DNA of 64,000 nucleotides from Gemmatimonadales bacterium. GTDB lineage: Bacteria; Gemmatimonadota; Gemmatimonadetes; Gemmatimonadales; GWC2-71-9. The notes beneath the pieces were generated by a model. The model searched no databases. It was not told where the DNA came from and saw only the letters and a program-made list of their open reading frames with translations. Location: assembly GCA_037045245.1 (NCBI GenBank), contig JBAOHR010000011.1:64302-128301 (forward strand), written 5' to 3'. A program made the translations under genes and the position numbers. Each line of letters opens with the position of its first letter. Positions within the stretch are counted from its first letter, which is position 1. Positions 61,683-64,000 of the stretch are shown here, piece after piece.

Positions 61683-63234
61683 GTCATCCTGACGGCATCC
61701 TGATCATCGATTTCGGCTCCCAGTACACGCAGCTGATCGCCCGGCGCATTCGCGAGCAGCGCGTCTACTGCGAGATCCATCCCCCCTCACGCAGCGTGGA
61801 GTGGATCCGCGAGTGGAAGCCGAAGGGGATCATCTTCTCCGGCGGGCCGAACTCGGTGTACGGCGAGGGCGTGCCGACGGCCGACCCGGAACTGCTCGAT
61901 CTGGGCATTCCGGTGCTTGGCGTCTGCTACGGACTCCACCTCCTGGTGCACCTCACCGGCGGCAGCGTGGTGCGGGCGTCGCGTCGCGAATACGGCCGGG
62001 CCGATGTCTCGGTCCTCGGCGGTGACATCTTCGCCGGCTTCCTGCCGGGGGCGACGACGCCGGTCTGGATGAGCCACGGCGACCACGTCGATGCCGCGCC
62101 CCCGGGATGGCGCATCACGGCGTCGAGCGAGAATTCGCCGGTCGCCGCGATCCAGCACGTGTCGAAGCCGCTTCACGCGGTGCAGTTCCACCTCGAGGTC
62201 GCGCACACCCCGCGCGGCGGCGAGATGCTCAGCAACTTCCTCTTCGGCGTCTGCGGGTGCACGCCGGACTGGACCTCCGAGCACTTCGTCGAGACCGAGG
62301 TCGCGCGGATCCGCGAGCTGGTGGGACCCGAGACGCGGGTGATCTGCGGACTCTCGGGTGGCGTCGACTCCTCGGTCGCGGCCGCGCTTGTGCATCGGGC
62401 GATCGGCGATCGGCTCACCTGCATCTTCGTCGATCACGGGATGCTGCGACTCAACGAGCGGGAGCAGGTCGAGCGCACCTTCCGCAGCCACCTCGGCATC
62501 GACCTCCGGACCATCGACGCGACCGAGCTCTTTCTCGGTGACCTCGCCGGCATCACCGATCCGGAGACGAAGCGGAAGCGGATCGGCCATCGCTTCATCG
62601 ACGTCTTCGAGCAGGCGGCAAAAGAAGTCGACGGCAATGTCGGCTTCCTGGTGCAGGGGACGCTCTATCCTGACGTGATCGAGTCGTTCTCGCCGACCGG
62701 CGGGCCGTCGGTCACGATCAAGACGCACCACAATGTCGGCGGCCTCCCCGAACGGCTGCCGTTCAAGTTGATCGAGCCGCTGCGCGAATTGTTCAAGGAT
62801 GAAGTCCGCCAGGTCGGGCCGCGAGCTCGGCCTGCCCGAGGAGATGGTCGGTCGGCATCCGTTCCCCGGGCCCGGCCTCGCGATCCGCATCCTCGGCGAG
62901 ATCACTCGCCCGCAGCTCGACCTGCTGCGGCTCGCGGACGCGATCTACATCGAGGAGATTCGCGCCGCCGGCTTGTACGACCAGATCTGGCAGGCGTTCG
63001 CGGTGCTGCTGCCCGATCCGCTCCGTCGGCGTGACCGGCGACGAGCGCAGTTACGATCAGGTGATCGGGCTCCGGGCGGTGACCTCACGCGACGGGATGA
63101 CGGCGGATTGGTTCCCGTTCCCCCCCGACGTCCTCGGGCAGATCAGCAGCCGGATCTCGAACGAGGTGGCAGGCGTCGGCCGCGTCGTGTACGACATCAG
63201 CAGCAAGCCGCCGGCGACGATTGAGTGGGAGTAG
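61679..63234 (+). pseudogene. guaA: GMP synthase (glutamine-hydrolysing), frame broken twice by single-base insertions (true pseudogene or sequence error)
   Basis: Three successive ORFs (61679.., 62799.., 63031..63234) together give a colinear GuaA: [20 protein letters not shown].., [10 protein letters not shown].., ..KDEVRQVG / [27 protein letters not shown].. / ..[29 protein letters not shown]....[15 protein letters not shown]. Confidence 0.9.
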
Positions 63235-63238
63235 GGGA

Positions 63239-63395
63239 GAGGTCGTAGGTCGTAGGTCGTAGGTCGTATGTACCTGTCATCCCGAGCAACGCGAGGGATC
63301 TGCGTGGAGGCCATCACGCAGATCCCTCGTTTCATTCAGGATGACACCGCCGATGCCGCGGGACCTACGACCTACGACGTACGACCTACGACCTC
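63239..63395. repeat. Heptad-array palindrome 5 (composite): GA(GGTCGTA)x4, 97-nt core with a nested hairpin, (TACGACC)x4 TC
   Basis: The arms 63239..63268 and 63366..63395 are complementary over 30 bp with one mismatch. The core holds a perfect 15-bp hairpin CGAGGGATCTGCGTG / CACGCAGATCCCTCG (63292-306 with 63315-329), enclosed by TGTCATCC / GGATGACA (63275-82 with 63339-46). Confidence 0.9.
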
Positions 63396-63838
63396 TTCGG
63401 CCCGAACAACTCCAGGAACTCCCCGGCCGTCTGCACCACATCCAGCTTCTCCAGGTTGCCCGGCTCCTTCGCGAAGCCGGCCAGTTGGCCGAGGGTGGGG
63501 AGATACTGGTTGGAGACCTCGAGGGGCGGCGCCACGATCAGGAAGACGTGGCGGACCGGCTTGCCATCGATCGCGTCCCAGGGGAGCGGCTCGGCGAGCC
63601 GGGCGTACGCCATCCGCAGGCGGGGGACGACGAGGGAGCGGCAGTGGGGAATCGCGATCCCGCGACCCATCCCGGTCGACCCCAGCTGCTCGCGTCGGGT
63701 GAGGACCCGGAGCAGGGTTTCCTCGGCCCGCGACTCCAGCCGGAGGAGGCGGACCGTGGCGGCCAGGGCGGCCTGGCGGTCTGGCGCGTGGAGGGCCAGA
63801 TCGATCGATTCGGGCGCGAAGAAGTCGTGCAGAGACAT
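63386..63838 (-). CDS. ptsN: PTS EIIA-type protein (EIIA-Ntr / PtsN-like nitrogen regulatory protein)
   Basis: ..RE.LGSTGMGRGIAIPHCR has the phosphorylatable His in the EIIA(Fru/Mtl/Ntr) signature; ..VRHVFLIVAP. 150 aa. Confidence 0.8.
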   Translation of the reverse strand: MSLHDFFAPESIDLALHAPDRQAALAATVRLLRLESRAEETLLRVLTRREQLGSTGMGRGIAIPHCRSLVVPRLRMAYARLAEPLPWDAIDGKPVRHVFLIVAPPLEVSNQYLPTLGQLAGFAKEPGNLEKLDVVQTAGEFLELFGPKRS

Positions 63839-63928
63839 GCCGGAAGGCTAACCGTACCGGGGCCCCCCTTCAACGCGCAGGGGGCCCCAGGGTTTCCCTC
63901 GGTCCGACCCCCTCCCTAGATTACGGGG

Positions 63929-64000
63929 ATGCAGTTCCCGTATCCGGTTGGCACCGACCACGTTCCGCTCTTCCTGGCCCCCATGGCCGGGGTCTCGGAG
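63929..64000 (+). CDS. tRNA-dihydrouridine synthase, N-terminal fragment (continues beyond window)
   Basis: MQFPYPVGTDHVPLFLAPMAGVSE; LAPMAGV(T/S)(D/E) is the Dus-family N-terminal motif. Only 24 codons are visible. Confidence 0.5.
   Translation, partial: MQFPYPVGTDHVPLFLAPMAGVSE

Noticed and set aside
36752-63395. Heptad arrays as CRISPR arrays or as coding repeats. The ORFs concerned are 36776..36964, 63057..63335(-), 63268..63702, 44601..45002 and 44746..45015, which give peptides such as RPTTYDLRPTTYDL.
   Set aside because: The units are 7 nt with no spacers, so they are far too short and contiguous for CRISPR, and no cas genes are present. The ORFs spanning them have no RBS, overlap real genes or hairpins, and owe their repeat peptides simply to 7-nt periodicity (21 nt equals 7 codons).

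Overview
This is a high-GC, gene-dense bacterial chromosomal segment with about 60 confident genes, and most of them are housekeeping. The gene content and the repeat-derived peptide motifs suggest a Gemmatimonadota- or Acidobacteria-like soil bacterium, but that is only a guess.

Conserved blocks:
- aroA-cmk-rpsA
- rplM-rpsI
- rpsB-tsf-pyrH-frr-uppS-cdsA-dxr-rseP
- rpsO-pnp
- mreBCD-mrdA-rodA
- accD-folC
- hisS-proS-lysA-guaA
- an acyl-CoA carboxylase cluster
- a molybdenum hydroxylase cluster (2Fe-2S subunit, Mo subunit, XdhC, MocA-like)

I saw no rRNA, CRISPR array, transposase, integrase or prophage genes. There is one tRNA, tRNA-Leu(UAA).

The most unusual content:
1. At 1.8-7.7 kb, three convergent pairs of a type IV pilin-like gene and a paralogous single-pass membrane protein of unrecognised family. 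They sit next to a GspE/PilB-type ATPase with a C-terminal receiver domain and a stand-alone CheY-like regulator.
2. Five intergenic 3'-end elements built from tandem 7-nt repeats. Three of them have inverted arms that form 27-30 bp stems, or a 100-nt segmented hairpin. The heptad sequence differs between loci.
3. Single-base insertions that disrupt otherwise perfectly conserved essential genes: five in pnp within 77 nt and two in guaA, with possible further cases at the 5' ends of rpsA and aroA. This looks more like sequence error than biology.

Many long alternate-frame or antisense ORFs in the supplied track are high-GC artefacts and are not called.
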